Source: Octopus sinensis (taxonomy: Eukaryota). From it: a stretch of DNA of 64,000 nt. The translations under genes were made by a program, and so were the position numbers. The notes under the pieces are model-generated. The model did no database searches, was not told where the DNA came from, and was given only the letters and a program-made list of their open reading frames with translations. Positions 62,010 to 64,000 of the stretch are shown here, piece by piece. The stretch spans positions 43,400,001 through 43,464,000 of the forward strand of contig NC_042997.1 of the NCBI RefSeq assembly GCF_006345805.1. The letters run 5' to 3'. Numbering within the stretch: position 1 is the first letter of the stretch; each line of letters begins with the position of its first letter.

Positions 62010-64000
62010 TCAGTACACTTTGTTGAGTGGTTGGCGTTAGGAAAGTCATCCAGCTGTAGAAACCCTGCCGGAACAGACAATGAGGCCTGGTCCTACCCCC
62101 TCTGGTCAAACCATCCAACCTGTTCCAGCATGGAAATTGGATGTTAAATGGTGATGATGATGTGCTGTACCTAGGGCAAACGTCTTCTACTGTAGCCCAG
62201 GCTGATCAATGCCTTACAGCTGAATTTGGTAGATGGAAACTGTGAAGAAGCCCATTGTATATATATATATGTGTGTGTGTGTTTCCCCTCTTTACCATTA
62301 TTATTGCTGGTTTGTTTACCTTCCTGTAACTTGGTGTTTCAGCAAAAGAGACCAGTAGAATAAGTACCAGATGTAAGAAAAGCAAAAATTTTAATTACTG
62401 GAGTTGATTTATTTAACTAAACTCTTCAAGATGATGCTCCAGCATGGCCGTAATCCAACGACTAAAACAAAGAAAAAGTCAACAGACATGGGTGTGGCTG
62501 TGTGGTAAGAAGCTTGCTTCTCAACCACATGGTTCCGGATTCAGTCCCACTGCATGGCATCTTGGGCAAGAGTCTTCTACTAGAGCTTCTGGTGAACCAA
62601 AGCCTTGAGAGTGGATTTGGTAGATGGAAACTGAAAGAAGCCTATTGTATGTATGTGTGTGTGTGTGCATCTTTCTATCTGTGTTTGTCCCCCACCGCTG
62701 CTTGACAACTGGAATTGGTGTGGTTATGTCCCTGTCACTTAGTGGTTCAGCAAAAGAGATTGATGAAGTAAGTACTAGGCTTAAAACAATAAGACTTGGA
62801 GTTGATTCATTTGACTAAAAACTTTTCCAAGGTGGTGGCCCAGCATGGCTTGCTGTCTCATAACTAAAAGAAATAAAAAGTAAGAAACAAAAGATGGATC
62901 TGTTAAGTTTCTGGAATAGATTCTGAAGCAAAACCTTTTTGTTCCAGCATTTCATTGTTTCCTACAAATATTAGCTTTTGTAGAATGCATGAAGGTGTAA
63001 GGTAAATGGAAAGGGGGTTAGTTCAGGAAACAAATACTGCTGAGAACTTTTTAGAAATTTACAATTGGTTAGTGAAAATGAGGGTGACCCTTGCCACTTT
63101 ACCATTCCTCTTTTTCAGGGATATTCCTGACAACAAGCATGGCTGCGCATTTAAAAAGTTTGCTTTTGACCCACATGGTTTAGTGTTCAGTTCCATTGTG
63201 TGGATGCTGTCAGATGATACTCTCTGTCATAGCTGCAGGTTGTGAGTGAAATTTGGTTGACGGAAACTGGAAGAAGCCTGTTGAAAGCTTCTAACAATGC
63301 AGAGAGTTTTACGGAAACTTTTGTGTTTCCTTTTCTCTTTCTATACACACACACACATTATGTATATATATATATGTGTGTGTATGTATCCATTTAGTGT
63401 TAACTATTGGAAAATGGATGTTCAATACCATGGTAGAAATTAATGATAATTGATAATATATTTTATTTTGATTGAGTCCGTCTCTTGCTACTCTTTTACC
63501 TGCAGGTGCCCTGGATCTTCAGGCTGACTGAAGATTCCATGCACTTACACATGAAACTTATATATATATATGTATATATAGCTGAAACTATATGTGTATG
63601 TGTGTTTGTGTGTGTAAGTGTATGTATATGTGCATGACTGAGTGTGTATTCTCTTTGTCTAGATATGTGTACTGGTCATCATTATCATCATTTAATGTCT
63701 GCTTTCCATACTGGCAGGGGTTGGACAGTTTGGCTGGAGAACTGGAAAGCCAGAAAGCTGGCAAGCCAGAGAGTTGCACCAAGTTCCAGTCTGATTTCGC
63801 TTGCTTTCTGTGGCTAGATGCCCTTCTTCACACCAACCACTCCAAGAGTGTGTGCTGGGTTTTTTTAGCGTGCTACCTGCATGGGCACTTTTACGTGGCA
63901 CTGGCATGAGTACTTTATAAGTGGCACTGGCACAGGGTTCTTGCAGCTCAATCCTCTTCACCAGGGGGAGTAGCCTTAACACTTCTACTGTGGAGGATGG

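Noticed and set aside
63506-63560. Possible next ankyrin-gene exon after ctcttttacctgcag
   Set aside because: No donor, it runs into (TA)n, and there is no ankyrin similarity.

Overview
AT-rich, repeat-dense metazoan DNA. The repeat families match what I recall of Octopus (coleoid cephalopod) genomes; this is recognition, not a database result. Nearly all long ORFs in the supplied track are artefacts of microsatellites or SINEs. One host gene is well supported: five phase-compatible GT-AG exons on + (47421-61324) encode the first 269 aa of an ankyrin-repeat protein that continues beyond the window. A CpG-retaining, SINE-poor region near 12-16 kb looks like a promoter, possibly divergent, with candidate minus-strand exons. 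The rest is tRNA-derived SINEs (three families), an RTE-tailed element with a variable hairpin minisatellite, mariner/CR1/RTE/Penelope remnants, non-autonomous Helitrons, piggyBac-like and hAT-like MITEs, a probable solo LTR, several long inverted repeats and two near-perfect tandem duplications. The most striking signal is a set of type I minimal hammerhead-ribozyme motifs. The best has an intact core and a GUC cleavage site (17502-17546) inside a hairpin-rich ~310-nt unit bounded by (TA)n, resembling a retrozyme or Penelope pLTR. Eight more intact or decayed motifs belong to several Penelope-like families, and some sit in the loops of long inverted repeats. SINE and other repeat coordinates are approximate.
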